A stretch of 64,000 nt of DNA from NCBI RefSeq assembly GCF_009914755.1, contig NC_060947.1. The stretch is one strand, 5' to 3'. The position numbers were made by a program, and so were the translations under genes. Position 1 is the stretch's first letter. Each line of letters begins with the position of its first letter. This stretch comes from the human T2T-CHM13v2.0 reference genome, Homo sapiens. The notes beneath the pieces were generated by a model. It saw nothing but the letters and a program-made list of their open reading frames with translations, ran no database searches and was not told where the DNA came from. Positions 1-13,655 of this stretch are shown piece by piece.

Positions 1-169
1 GCCTGTAAGACATAGTGTTATTAAATTTCATCCTTGCAGAATGTCATAGAATTTCAGGTCTGTGACACTTTAGGAAATCAGAGTGTTAGGGTAGAATTGC
101 TTAACAAAATAACATTGTAAGCACTGTACGTTATTTGTTATGTTCAAGCACTGTGATAATGGTCCATAT

Positions 170-270
170 TTTGGAGTGCTAGTCTTGGCCTCAGTCCCGA
201 TTGTCACATTAAACAAATGAACTTCTGGAGCTTCAGTGTTTCTTTTCTGTGAAATAAGGACCTTAAACTC
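170..270 (+). mobile_element. MIR fragment
   Basis: Degenerate MIR core (acttctggagcttcagtgtttcttttctgtgaaataagga). Confidence 0.45.
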
Positions 271-2189
271 TTTTCTGCCATACTTGAGAGAGAATATAGA
301 AGCCAGTTGAAACAGTAGATGTGAAACGGCTTTGCAAGTCATAAAGGACTGTGTACATGTGAGGCCTCATTATTTCTTTACCTTATTGATAAAATTTTTC
401 TTGGAAATAGAAACAAGCAATGAAAAAAAAGGTTTCAATCTTGGTTTTGCCAGTTATCCAACATCTGAGATGATCAACAAGAGGACTGGAGTTTACTCAG
501 TACTAATATTTAGCATCACCTTCTTCAAAGGGTAAGTAAACTTTACACTGGAATGAAGTTTATTTTGTTTCTATCCACTTGAGTTTGCTAAAATATACAT
601 AGGAGAATTTGCCAAATGGCTACCTAGCCCTGAGGTTTTAAGTTTTGCTCTGAAAGGCTCTTATAACCATATTGACTTTGAAATAACAAATGAGAGAAGG
701 TAACAAGGAAAAGGATAAATAATTCTCTAACCACCATCATCAACATTGCTTTATTAAAAACTTTTAATATCCCTATATTTGAGAGGTTTTGTGTGTTAGT
801 GAATTCTGCTCAGTCCAAATGATTCGGGCTGGTATCCACATATATTAATTTTTCCCGGAAGCATTTCAGAAATTTAATGAAGCTGGCGGGTTGTGTCCCC
901 TTCGTGATATTTCTTGAATATAATTCCATTTGCAAAAGTTAAAGGCAAGTTGAAAATTATCTTGGCACAATACAATGAATCAAAATATTTTTGTCTAAAT
1001 GCTAGTTTTTAACGTACCTAATAAAAATGGTTGTACTCCTACTCTTGTTTCCTAAAATACTCCATACTCTCTGTGTCTCTTCCTAGAACTTCCACAAATT
1101 AATACATTGACTTGAATAGTTCCCTTCTTCACATTACCACCCCTCCAATCTTTATATAGCAAAATTATCCTTATTCTCTACATTAAGGTAGATAGATATA
1201 CCCTCTTTCAGTTAGCTTTCAACAGCACTTCTGATTTTACCCAATGAGTGGTTATGTATTCTTTCATGTGTTTCTTTCTATTCATATATTTCTTTATTTT
1301 TCTCCATCCATGGGTGAATGTAAAATACAAAGTATCATTCATCCTTGTATCCAGCATGTCTAGCACTGCATTCTGGTGTTTAGAAAGTATGCGATGTATA
1401 AGTAATTAAAATAAATGTATTATAATGTCTAGAGATGATCTTAAAACTATGGCTTGGAAAATAATTATGTATCCCCTGAAAAGCAAAAAGGAAATAAGAA
1501 AGGCCCATAATCTTAATCTCCCTTGGCCTTTACTAGCACTATAAAATATCTATTCTTGATCATTGTTTACATAGCCCCATTACAACTGAGACCATTGTCT
1601 ACCTTGGTTTATCTTAATTCAGAGCAAGACTATAAACTTTCCAAACATGTGAGAAAAAAATATGACAAGCCCAATCATAATGTAGCCTCTGGTAAGTAGC
1701 TTCGTGTCTGGAATCTAGTCCAGAAACTATTGCTTTTCTCCATGAACTTTATATGTTGGTGGATGATCCACATATTTGTAACTTTCACCGAAGCACAGAA
1801 AATTTGAGTTGAGAGTCGTGATGTTTAAAGAGTCTATCCCCTTCCCTTCTTATTTGTGTAAATTACGTTCCCATAGAAAATAATTTTCCGGATAACACAA
1901 TGTGAATTACAGTGGGATCTCTAATCACAGCCCCAATTTCCTGACTGAGTCCAGTGAGCTTTCTATTTTGCTGCAGATTTTCGATTCCCACAATATTTTC
2001 AGAAAATGAGCTAGAAAATGAAAAGCTAATCTGGATTTTATTCTGTTTTGATTACCACCTCTGTGCTGATGATTCCCAACTTTACATTTCCAGGACTGGT
2101 TTTTCCTCATAGCTGTGGACCTATGTATCTAGTACTCTCTCAATATCCTTTCTTTTCCTCAAATTTAACATATCCTTTTTTAAATCTAA

Positions 2190-3086
2190 GATTTCCCCCA
2201 CCTTCAACCCTGACCCTCTCCCACCGTTTCTCATCTTTGTGAATGATACCTATATCTATCCATTGACTCAATCCAGAAAACTGAGTCATCTTTTGCCATC
2301 CTTCTCATTCAGTCTTAACATTAAATCTGTTATCATATTATCACAATTTTACCTCTTAAATATTTCTTAAATCTATCTACTGTTCTCTATCTTCTATTAT
2401 TTCTGCACTATTACAAGCTACTCTTACGATCTCTTACAATAGTTTTTTAATCCCTTGTCATGCTTCTAATTTGGTTCTTCAGTGATCAATTTTCTTCACT
2501 ACAGCCAGAGCGATCTTCCAAAATAAAAATATCACACTACATATCCTCCCCAAACCCCTTCAGTAGAATCTCATTCTCTTAAGATAAAGATTGAAAGTCT
2601 TCGTGTAGCCTGGAAGCTATTTGTTACCTTCCTGCTTCCAACCTTGCAACATGCCCCTTCTGTTTCTCTAAGCTTCAGTTATACTAAAAACTCAGGTTCT
2701 TGACTGTACTTTGGCACATGCGGTTACATCTGTCTAGAACTTTCTTCTTTTCACCTAGCTCCCATTTCAGTCTTTCCATAATTAATACCTACTCACTCTT
2801 TAGATATAATTCAAGTAGTTTCCAGGGAAGACTTCTCTCATCTCAATCTAGGTCAAGTTCTCGAGTTACAAACACTTATCTAATTATTACTTTTTTTCTT
2901 TCAGAGAACTTACCTTGGTTTAAAATTATCCATTTCTAGATGTAATTTTTTGTTTCACTTGATTAAATACAAGCTCTATGAAAAGAGTAGTATGGTTTAT
3001 TTTACCACTATTTGAATCACTAGTCCTTAACACAGTGCATGGTACTTAGCCTGTGTTCTATAAATATATTTTGAGTAAATGAATGT
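2190..3086 (+). mobile_element. L2 LINE 3' region
   Basis: L2-like pyrimidine-rich body ending acacagtgcatggtacttagcc...taaatatattttgagtaaatgaatg. Confidence 0.75.
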
Positions 3087-3159
3087 TTCAAAAAGAGTTA
3101 TACTGCCAGCCTCCTGTTCTTGCTTTAGGAAGATAATTCAGGACTAGCTATGAGTGGGA

Positions 3160-3800
3160 AAAGTATAGTATGTTGGTTAACAGCAAGGCTTCTGGTGTCA
3201 AATATATCTGAATCCTAGTCCAAGCTCTGCTAGTTTACTGCCCCTGTGATCTTAAATATTTTGAGTCTCAGTATTCTCACATAGAAAATAAGAATAGCAA
3301 TACTAACCTCGCAGAGTTATTGCGAGGATTAAATGACATAATGCACCATTTTGAGTTGAATTCTTTCCTCCTAAAAATGTTTATGTTGATGTCCTAACCC
3401 CCAGAACCTCAGAACATGACTGTATTTGGAGATATTGTCTTTACAGAGATAATCACGTTAAAATGAGGTCTTTAGTGTGGGCCCTAATCCAGTACAACTG
3501 GTGCCCTTATAAAAAGTGTAAATTTGGACACAGATATGCATAGAGGGAAGATGACATAAGGAGACACAGGTTGAAGAGGACCATCTACAAGCCAAGGAGA
3601 CCTAGAACAGATCCTTTTCTCTCAGCCCTCAGACGAACTCTATCCTGCTGACACCTTGATCTTGGAAATCCAGCCGCTAGTTAAGGAGACAATAAATTTT
3701 TGTTGTTTGAGCCACCCAATTTGTGGAAGTTTGTTACAGAAAGTTCTAGTAAACTAATACATGTATGTTAAGCTTATGGTATGGTGTTGTTGGCAAATGG
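3160..3800 (+). mobile_element. MIR split by an MLT1 LTR
   Basis: MIR core gagtctcagtattctcacatagaaaataagaatagcaatactaacctcgcagagttattgcgaggattaaatga up to 3346; a MIR-like tail resumes after 3761. Confidence 0.7.
3347..3761 (+). mobile_element. MLT1 (MLT1B-like) solo LTR, ERVL-MaLR
   Basis: gtcctaacccccagaacctcagaacatgactgtatttggagat...gggccctaatcca...aataaatttttgttgtttgagccaccc...aaactaataca. Confidence 0.88.
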
Positions 3801-3819
3801 GTCCAATTGGTTTGAAAGT

Positions 3820-4095
3820 GATCTTTACAGTGAAGCCTTTCCTGACCTTCCTTCTTAGAGATACAATCTCATATTCTGTCAGTCTGCCACCTCCTTCCCT
3901 GCTTTATTTTTCTTCATTGCATTTATCAACATTTATGTACAACCTCTTTTACTTCTTTTTTGTTTGTTTTCTTAGCTCCCTCAATGTAATCTCCATGAGG
4001 CAGATATTTGTGTCTGTTTCATTCATTGTATCATAGACAAGGATGCCTTGGCACATAGTAGGCATTTGATAAATATACATTAAGTAATTGATAGC
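3820..4095 (+). mobile_element. L2 3' end
   Basis: aatgtaatctccatgaggcag...tgccttggcacatagtaggcatttgataaata. Confidence 0.75.
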
Positions 4096-4149
4096 TATCA
4101 CTGCTGTTGTTGCTGTTAAAAATAAATTGTCTTCCACTACCCCATCCCT

Positions 4150-4350
4150 AAATACATACATTTTATTCATTCAGCTTTCTAAGTACCAGTCACTTGGCCA
4201 GGTGCTAGGCACACAGAGATAAATAGATACAGTATCTCTTTACAAGGGGATTAATTTCAGTAAATGGAGAAAGATACATAAACAAATCAATGTTCCAAAG
4301 ATGTTTCTTTGCCTTTAAAAGAGTCTGTCCAAGGTAGAATGGTGGCATAT
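4150..4350 (-). mobile_element. L2 3' end
   Basis: ttattcattcagc...ggccaggtgctaggcacacagagataaatagatacag (antisense L2 tail). Confidence 0.65.
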
Positions 4351-4689
4351 TAACCCTTGAGGATCCTTCGAAAAGTGAGTGGTTGTCTTCTGACGCTCAC
4401 GACTTCATGCTCTATTTATTTTATTTTAAACTGTCCACAAACTAGATTAATAGATTTTAAGTTCCCACATTGAAGGGATCCTTGTTGCCTCTACACTGCT
4501 TTCAGTGTTATGTTTCTAGTCTTACAAGTGTTCATAGTATTCTCTTCTCTACCACTAGCTTTTGGTTTGCACAGAGAAAGCTATAGTGAAAAGTCAGTCA
4601 CAGAAAATAGCAATAATTATATTTTCGTATACATGAATATAGACCTTAATCACATAAGAGAGTACTATTATAGAGCCCAGACAATAACA

Positions 4690-5020
4690 GATTGAGCTTC
4701 AGAGGGTTCTGGTTCAGAATCTTTGCTTCTCTGCTTCCTAGCTGTGCCACTAAGTCCCAATTTTCTTATCTATAAAGTATAGTTATAATATCTGCCCAAT
4801 TACTTTCATGGTAGTTGTTTTTATTGGTAGTTGTTTTATTGGGGGTCTACAGAATGTTAGAGCTGATAAAGAAGTCATCTAGTCATACTCCTCATTTTGC
4901 AAATGAGGAAATTGAGATTCAGAGTGATGAAACATATTTACCCTGGACGTACAGCTAATGAGTTTGGAATTTAGTCACACATTTCTTCAAACACTCCAAT
5001 GACTGTCCATGCTCTACCAA
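4690..5020. mobile_element. Two MIR fragments (+ then -)
   Basis: + strand: ctctgcttcctagctgtg...ttttcttatctataaagt; - strand: ctcattttgcaaatgaggaaattgagattcagag. Confidence 0.6.
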
Positions 5021-7344
5021 CAATTCAAATGGCAATAAGAAGCAGGTTTAGATATTTTTAAAAATCCTATCTAAGACTGAGTTGAAAGTGCCTCTTGGTA
5101 ACTGGTAAGAAAACCACAAAACAGTAAATCTGCCTTTTTTAGTCTACAATGATTGAATGTTTATACTGAGCCAAGTTTTGAAAGGTTTAATTTGGTTTCA
5201 GGCCAATAACATGACTTACAAATACTAAAATTAATCCCCAAATTTACAGATTGGATAGATCAAAACAAGGGATTTTTTTTAAAAGTCTTTGTCCCTTATT
5301 GCTCATATTTAAATGACAAATTCCCTTGTATCCCAAAGGAGGATTTAGCTGAAAGAAAGGTATTCCCTATTCGTAACGGGGAATATGTTCTATTCATAAA
5401 ACAATGTTTGAAATTGAATTAAAATAATTTAATTACACTATATAATTACCTTCCACAATCTTTACAGTCAAGAGGCCCATGGGATCTGGCTATTTGTAGA
5501 GATGTTTAATCCGATTTTACTTTAGTATTCATTAAACAATGGTAATTTCTTCGTAATTCCCCTCTGACACATATTATGCTTCTGAAGAAGAAAAGACCTT
5601 AAACAGAGTCATTTCTTTAAACAGAGCTGCTGAGTATGTCAAATTATTCAGGCAAGGACTCACTGAACAACCAAAACAATAGTTTCAAACAGATGACACT
5701 GTGTTTCAAGAACCAAAAAAAATGTTAAATAAACTATTGGCGCATGAAATAAGCTACCAATGGGAAGACTTAGTGAGCTGCAAATGCATGCCTAACTGAG
5801 ATTTCAACATTATTTCCAAGTTTGGCAATCAGTTGAAAAGCCCTTTATGCACATCTATGCCCAACTAAAGGAAAGAAAAGTAGAGGTGACTATTTGAGAG
5901 ATGCATATTCAGTTTTGAAAAACATAGTTCACAATTTCAAAACCTCTTAGTATCCAACAGATTCACATGAGTAGTAATGTTTTTTCTTTTAGATCTATTG
6001 CCCCTAGCCACTGAAACTGTACTTTGGTTAGGTGCCTAATCTAGCTCCTTCTTTAGCTACAAAACCTAGATAGACCAGGTCAGAGGAAATCTGAAGGAGA
6101 ACATTCTAGGAAGATGACAGCCATAATAGAGTGTGTGTGTGTTTGTTGTGTCTGTGAACAAGGAATCGTTTCACAAGGCAGGGTAACTTGGACACGAATA
6201 TTTGAAACTCACAAACAAAATCTATAATAAAATCAGGTGACAGGACTTACCATGAAACCCAAAATAAGAGTGGGTGGGAAGAGCCATCTCATGAAGAAAC
6301 ATTTGATAAGGCAAACTCTGCAGGAGTAAGCAGAAAAATGTCCCTGATCACCAAAGGGTAGTCATTACAATGCTGAACTCAGTAAACTAATTAATACTGA
6401 CCAGGAGCTACATTGGCTCCAATTCACAGGTGAGAGTGCAAAGGGACCATAGAAAGATCTTATTGTGCTAGAGTGATATAAGCCCTATGAAATCTCAAAA
6501 ATAAGCAATCAATATGTTCACTAACAACAATAACAAAAAGCTACACACTGAGAAGGAACTTCTGGAAGTAGAATCCAAATTGAATAGGACAGAGATTATA
6601 GTGACAAAGAAAACAGTATATCCAATCCAAGAGGGAAAGAGGAACAGAGTCAGCAGTTATCAGAAAGGATGGGTTTACATCTAATGTTTTTCTATTTGTT
6701 TTACATGTATCTTATGCCTGTTCATTCTCATTCCAGTACTGCCTTATTTCATATTTATTTTTTGCAGTATGCCATTTTTATTCTCATTCCTTTGTGCATA
6801 ATTTTAGATACTTTATTTGTGGTTACCTTGGAGATTAATGTTAACATTCTAAGTTGATAAAGACATAACTGGCATTGATATTAACTTAGCTTCAATAGCT
6901 ACAAAATATACTTTCATACACCTCAATCCTTCCTTTCCCTTCATACTGTGGTTGTCGCGAATTACATCATTACATATTGTGTACCCACTGACATGGATTT
7001 ATAATTATTTGTATGCATTGTATTTTAAATCACTTGGGGAATACAAAGAGTTATGAACCAAAAAATACGATAGTATTGGCTTTTATATTTACCCATTAGT
7101 TACCTTTTGCTACAGTTTTACATTTTTTCCTATAACTTCAAATTTCTCTTTAGTGTAGGCTAAAAAACACTCCTTTTAGCATTTCTTATAGGGCAGCTCA
7201 GCTAGCAATTACCTTCCTCATCTTTTGCTTATCTGGGAATGCCTTCGTTTCTTCATTTTTGAAGGACAGTTTTGTGGAACAAAGAATTTCTGGTTCAGAG
7301 GTTCATTTTTTTTTTCTTTTTCAGCACTTTAAAAATGTCCTTTT

Positions 7345-7588
7345 CATTGTTCAATTCCCACCTATGAGTGAGAACATGCGGTGTTTGGTTTTTTGTCCTT
7401 GTGATAGTTTGCTCAGAATGATGGTTTCCAGCTTCATCCATGTCCCTACAAAGGACATGAACTCATCCTTTTTTATGGCTGCCTAGTATTCCATGGTGTA
7501 TATGTGCCACATTTTCTTAATCCAGTCTATCATTGTTGGACATTTGGGTTTTGTGCACATGTACCCTAAAACTTAAAGTATAATAAAA
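7345..7588. mobile_element. Young L1PA (about PA2-PA4), 5'-truncated with 5' inversion
   Basis: Antisense L1PA 7345-7550 joined to the sense terminus ttgtgcacatgtaccctaaaacttaaagtataataaaaa; exact 14-bp TSD AAAAATGTCCTTTT at 7331-7344 and 7589-7602. Confidence 0.93.
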
Positions 7589-7730
7589 AAAAATGTCCTT
7601 TTACTGCCTTCTGGTCTCCATTGTTTCTGATAAGAAATCTGCTGTTAATATTATTGAGGATGGTTTGTAAGTGGTAAATTGCTTCTCTCTTACAGATGTC
7701 AAGATCTTTTTTGAGCATAGCCTTTGACAC

Positions 7731-8052
7731 TTTTTAAAGTAACTTTTTAGTTTTGGGGGGGTTACACTGTAGGTATATATATTTGTGGGGTACATGAGAT
7801 GTTTTGATATAGGCATGCAACGCATGATAATCACACTATGGAAAATGGGGTATCCATCCCCTCAAGCGTTTCTCAAGCGTCTATCATTGATGTTACAAAT
7901 AATCCAATTATATTCTTTTAGTTATTTTAAAATGTACAATTAAAATATTATTGACTATGGACACCCTGTTGTGTTATCAAATACTAGGCCCCGTTCATTC
8001 CTTCTAACTATTTTTTGTACCCATTAACCATTCCCGCCTCCCCGCCATACCC
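7731..8052 (-). mobile_element. L1MA 3' end
   Basis: gtaggtatatatatttgtggggtacatgagatgttttgatataggcatgcaa...ggggtatccatcccctcaagc. Confidence 0.85.
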
Positions 8053-9659
8053 CTTTGATTATAATGTGTCTTGTTGTAGATCTCATAATGTTTATCCTTG
8101 TTGGAGTTCATTAAGTTTCTTGAGTGTGTGGCCTTTTATACAATTTTGCAATTTTCTCACTAAAATATTTTAAAGTATTCTTTCTTCTTCTATTTGTCTC
8201 TCCTCTCCTACCTGGATTCCTATTGTGCATGTAAGAGTGTGCTTGATGATGTACCAAAGGTCTTTCAGCCTTTGTTTATTTCTCTTTATTCATTTCTTTT
8301 TAATGTCTGTGCCTCAGACTGAACAAAGTCAATTGTCGAATCACATATTTCACTGTTTCTTTATTCTCCATACTCAAATCTGTTGTTGAAACCTTCCGGT
8401 GATTTTCCACTTCAGTTATAGAACTTTTAAGCTCCAGAATATATTTTGATTTATTTGTATAATTTCTATCTTATTAATATTCTCTGTTTGCTCACACAGC
8501 ATCTGCCTGGTGGTTTCCTTTAGCTCTTTGTACATAGTTTAGTTTAGCTAATTCAGCATATTTAAGACAGCTGACTTGAAATATTTGCCACATACGTCAA
8601 ATGGGTGTGCTTCCTCAAGAACAGTTTCTATTCATTCTTCTGCAAATGGGCCACACTTTCTTGCATCTTAGTAGGCTTCATAAAGATTTGTTGAAGAGCA
8701 AGCATTTTTAATATCATAATGTTGTATGTGTGTAAATCAGATCCTCTATTTATTTATTTATTTATTTATTGCTTTTTGTAGACTGTAGCTGACTATTTAG
8801 AAATATTCTAAAATGTCTTCGTGAAGTCTGCATGTTTTATTACTCATGATTTCCAAAGTCTCTGTTCCTTTGTCTTAAATTCAACTAGTATTTTGATGGA
8901 GATTTCACTGAATACCAGAAAGGAAAGATACACACACACACACACACACCCCAAAACAGATGAAAGGCTGTACAGATTGGCTCTGTGTAGGGGCAACCTC
9001 TCAGGACATTCACAACTTTGCTATAGCCTTCCCTTCTTTGAATCCAGCCTAGAAATCAGCCAGAGGTGAAAGCCTAGAGTCTTCTCGGGTTTATTGTGAC
9101 AATGCTTCCTGTGCTGGACGTGGGCATGGCTTTCTCAATTTCCTGGCTTACGTGGGTGTTTTTCAGTGCCCCAATATCTGCAAAAACATTATCTCCACAG
9201 ATTTTCCTCCCAGGCTTTTGGTGCTCAGGAATAGTTTTTAACCAAGGCAGCTGCAGATTGTTCATTTCCCTCACAGTATTTTTGAGAAATGACCACTGAT
9301 TTTCTGCCCTGAAGGAGGTCTTAATTTGGCAGAACAAATTAGTCTGGAAGGAGAGGAGAGACAAAAAAGAGAAGACAGAATGTTTAAAAAGATAATCGTG
9401 AGAAACCTCAAGATAATGACTTAGCTGAGCAGAAGGACAGGGCAAGGCAAAATTAGAACGCTAAAAATATTTCCCACTGTTTTAAAAGTGGCTTTTTAAA
9501 TTGATTCAGCACATGCTTGGTTGGTCTAAATCTTTGATTATTTTCCAAAGTTGTGACAAAGTTGATTCTGAGGGTTTTTATTTAATTTTCTAATGCTTTT
9601 GTAATGGGATGGCCCCTTGGAGTTGCCTACTCTACCTTTTTCTTCATCTTTCCATTTTT

Positions 9660-10690
9660 TCTTTTAAGAAAAAAAGACCATCACTTAAACATCAGCAACA
9701 GAAATTTAGTATGGTAGAATCACATAAGATGCTATTTATAAGAAAAAAAGATAATAGTGAGCAGAATAATGTCCCTGTGGACAATGAAGGCACACTAAGA
9801 AGGCATGCTCACAGAACAGATAAAGTATAAGCAATTTTCAAAAAAAAAATCTGTAGAAAATATTTTTAAAACAACATAAGGTAGAATTTTCAAAAGCAGA
9901 TATAACATATTTAAGAAAGGAAAATTAGTAAAAGCTATCATAAAGTAATTCAAAATGAAAAAGAAAACTATACTAGAATTGAATAATTAACTGGAAATAA
10001 TAGAAAAGAAGTCATAAAAATCCTTTAAGAAAAAGAAAATATGAAAATGAGGATTTTTTCTTTTAAAAGAAAGCAAGATAAAAACATTTTCAAGAAACAG
10101 TGATACATATAGACAATAATAACAGATATTTTATGTATAAGATTCTTCCACATCTCCACAACAAATGGAGAAAATTAATATAAATCAAGATAAACCAGCA
10201 AAAATTTTAAATCGAGAGATTTTATATAATAAATTAAGATTTGAAATTATTATTGAAAAGACACATAGTTTACATAGGAAAATCAACTGAAAGTGGTCAG
10301 GAACATAATACACACTAGTAAAAATGAGAAGACATTAAGAGGAAATAAAATAATCAGATATCCAGGTAGCAAGATCTCTAGTAAGAACAAGAAAATTGAA
10401 CTGTCATCAAACTTCTCAACAGTAATTGTTTATAACAGACAGTAAGAAAGTAATATATTTCTTATACTTGAGAAAAGAAAATATGACCTGGGCACTTTGT
10501 ACCCAACCAAACTGATCTTCAATGAAAAAGGCCAAAGTAAACTTTTTATGGCCATGGAAGAAATCATAGAATATTGTTTCCATGAGCCCTTAAAGAACCT
10601 ATTAGAGAAAAGCTGTAACAAACAAAATAAATGGAAAGGCATTGAGATGAAAACAAGAAATTTGTCTTTGGAATTATGTAAATGGTTTAC
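9660..10690 (+). mobile_element. HAL1-like (half-L1) decayed ORF1
   Basis: A-rich strand; residual YPTKLIFNEKGQSKLF...EYCFHEPLKNLLE resembles the L1 ORF1p C-terminal domain; gaatattgtttccatgagccc is HAL1-like. Confidence 0.65.
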
Positions 10691-12367
10691 ATAATTAATA
10701 AATCATTAACATTTTCAAAGTTTTTAAATCAAGGTATAATTTACATATATTCAAATGCAGAGACTGTAAGTGTATAGTTAGATAAATTTGGGGAACGCTT
10801 GCATTTGAATAATAATCACCCACATCAATATATAAAACCTTCATTTTTCTTCCATCTTTTAGGTTCAGGGAGTTCATGTATGGGTTTGTGTAAATTGCAT
10901 GTCACGGGTGCTTGGTGTACAGATTATTTTGTCACCCGGGTGATAACCATAGTACCCGATAGGTCATTTTTCAAACCTCATTCTCCTCCCACCCTCCACC
11001 CTCAAGTAGGCCCTGGTGTCTATTTTACCCTTCTTTGTGTCCATGTGTATTCAATGTTTTCTTCCAACTTAAAAGTGAGAACATGTAGTATTTGGTTTTC
11101 TTCTCCTACATTAAGTCACTTAGAATAATGGTCTCCGGCTCCATCCATGTTGCTGCAAAAGACATGAGCTCATTCTCTTATATGGCTGCATAGTATTTCA
11201 TGGTGTATCCATATCAAGTTTTCATTATCCAATCAACTGTTGATGGAGGTTTATGTTGATTCCATGTCTTTGCTCTTGTGAATAGTGCTGCAATGAACAT
11301 GCATGTGCATATGTCTTTATGGTAGAATAATCAATATTTCTTTGGGTATGTACCCAGTAATTGGATTGTTTGGCTGGATAGTAGTTCTGTCTTAAATTTT
11401 GTAAGAAATCTCCAAACCGATTTCCCCAGGGGCTGAACTAGTTTACATTCCCACCATCAGTGTCTGTGTTCCCTTTTTCCCACAACCTTGCCCACAACAG
11501 TTATTTTTGGCTTTTTAGTAATAGCCCTTCTGAATAGTGTGAGATGGTAGCTCATTGTGGTTTTAACTTGCATTAGTCTAATGATTAGTGATGTTAGATT
11601 TTTTTCATATGCTTGATGACTGCATGCATGTCTCCATTTGAGAAGTGTCTATTCATATCCTGTGCCCATTTTTTAATGGATTTTTTTTTGCTTATTAATT
11701 TAAGATTCTTATAGATTCTGGATATTAGATCTTTGTCAGATGCATAGTTTCCAAATATTTTCTTCCATTCTGTAGACTGTTTGTTTGCTCTGTTGATAGT
11801 TTGTTTGTTTTGTTTTGTTTTGCTGTGGAGACACTCTTGAATTTAATTAGGTACCACTTGTCAATTTTTGTTTTTGTTGCAATTGCTTTTGGTGTCTTTG
11901 TCATGAAATCTTTGCAGGGCCTGTGTCCAGAATAGCATGTCCTAGGTTTTCTTCTAAGGTTTTTATAGTATTAGGTTTTACATTGAAGTCTTTAATGCAT
12001 CTTGAGTTAATTTTTGTATATGTTGAAAGTAAGTGAGCCAGTTTCAATCTTCTGTACATGGCTAGCCAGTTATTCTAGTGCCATTTATTCAATAGGAAGT
12101 CTTTTCCGGATTGTTTGTTTTTGTTAACTATGTCGAATATCAAATGTTTGTAGGTGTGTGGCTTTACTTCTGTGTTCTTCAACCTATTCCCTTGGTCTAT
12201 GTGTCTGCTTTTGTGCCAGTACCATGTAGTTTTGGTTATTGCAGCGTTGTACTATAGTTTGAAATCAGGTAATTTGATGCCTTCAGCTTTGTTCTTTTTG
12301 CTTAAGTTTGCTTTGACTATTAAGCCACCTTTATGGTTCCATATGAATTTTAGCATAGTTTTTAATT

Positions 12368-12637
12368 CTTTTCATTACCATACTTTAATTTCTGGGATAT
12401 ATATGCAGAACATGCAGATTTGTTACATAGATATACATGTGTCATGGTGGCTTGCTGCACCCATCAACCTGTCATGTAGGTTTTAAGCCCCGCATGCATT
12501 AGGTATTTGTCCTAATGCTATCCCTCCCTTTCCCCCCGACTCCCCGACAGGCCCTGGTGTATGATGTTCCCCTCCTTGTGTCCATGTGTTCTCATTGTTT
12601 AACTCCCACTTAGGAGTGAGAACATGAGGTGTTTGGG
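12368..12637 (-). mobile_element. L1PA8-like 3' end nested in L1PA15/16
   Basis: gtaggttttaagccccgcatgcattaggtatttgtcctaatgct; host ORF2 sequence resumes at 12638 with a degenerate atagt...taatt TSD. Confidence 0.88.
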
Positions 12638-13532
12638 ATAGTATTTTTCTAATTTTGTGAAAAGTGTCATTAGTAGTTTTATAGAAACCACATTGAATGT
12701 ATAAATTGCTTTGGGAAGTATGGCCATTTTAACAATCTTGATTCTTCCTATCCATGAGCATAAAATGTTTTTCCATTTATGTCATCTCTGATATCTCTCA
12801 TCAGTATTTTGTAATTCTCATTGTACAGATCTTTTACCTCTCTTATTAGCTGTATTCCTAGGTATTTCATTCCGTGTGTGTGCCTGTTGTGAATGTTGTG
12901 ATTGGGATTGCATTATGATTTTTCTGTCACCTTGTACATTATTCCTGTATAGAAATGCAACTGATTTTTGTACATCGATTTTGTATCCAGAAACATTACC
13001 AAAGTTGTATATCAGATCTAGGAGCTTTCAGGCAGAAACCATGGGGTTTTCAAGATATAAATAAACATTTTCTGTGAAGAGAGAGAGTTTGACTTCTTCT
13101 TCTCCTATTTAGATGCCTTTTATTTCATTCTCTTGCCTGATTGCTCTGGCTAGGACTTCCAGTACTATGTTGAGTATGAGTCGTAAGAGTGGTCATCCTT
13201 GTCTTGTTCCAGTTCTTAACAGAAATGCCTCCAGCTTTCGCTAATTCAGTATGATATTGGCTGTGGGTTTGTCATAGATGGCTCCTATTATTTTGAGGTA
13301 TTCCTTCAATACCTATTTTGTTGAGGGTTCTTATCATGAAGAGATGTTAAATTTTTTCCAAACCTTTTCTGCATCTATTGATATCATGTGGTTTTTGTTG
13401 TTAGTTCTGTTCACATGATGAATCACATTTATTGATTTGTGTATGTTGAACCGATCTTGAATAAAGATCGAGTAGGAATAAAGCGCCTACTTGATCATGG
13501 TGGATTAGCTTTGTGATGTGCTGCTGGATTCA

Positions 13533-13655
<123 letters not shown>

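Larger units (their letters stand above)
6670..9620 (-). mobile_element. Old L1M (L1MC/MD-type) ORF1 and 5' region, interrupted by two younger L1 insertions
   Basis: tttagcatttcttatagggcag...ttttgcttatctgggaatg...tttgaaggacagtttt; ctgataagaaatctgctgttaat; antisense ORF1-like residues (SSIILTADFLSETMETRRQ). Confidence 0.75.

Noticed and set aside
4810-4842. Micro-duplications (also near 7861, 28264, 42651, 43050)
   Set aside because: Ordinary 9-27 bp slippage events with no sign of function.
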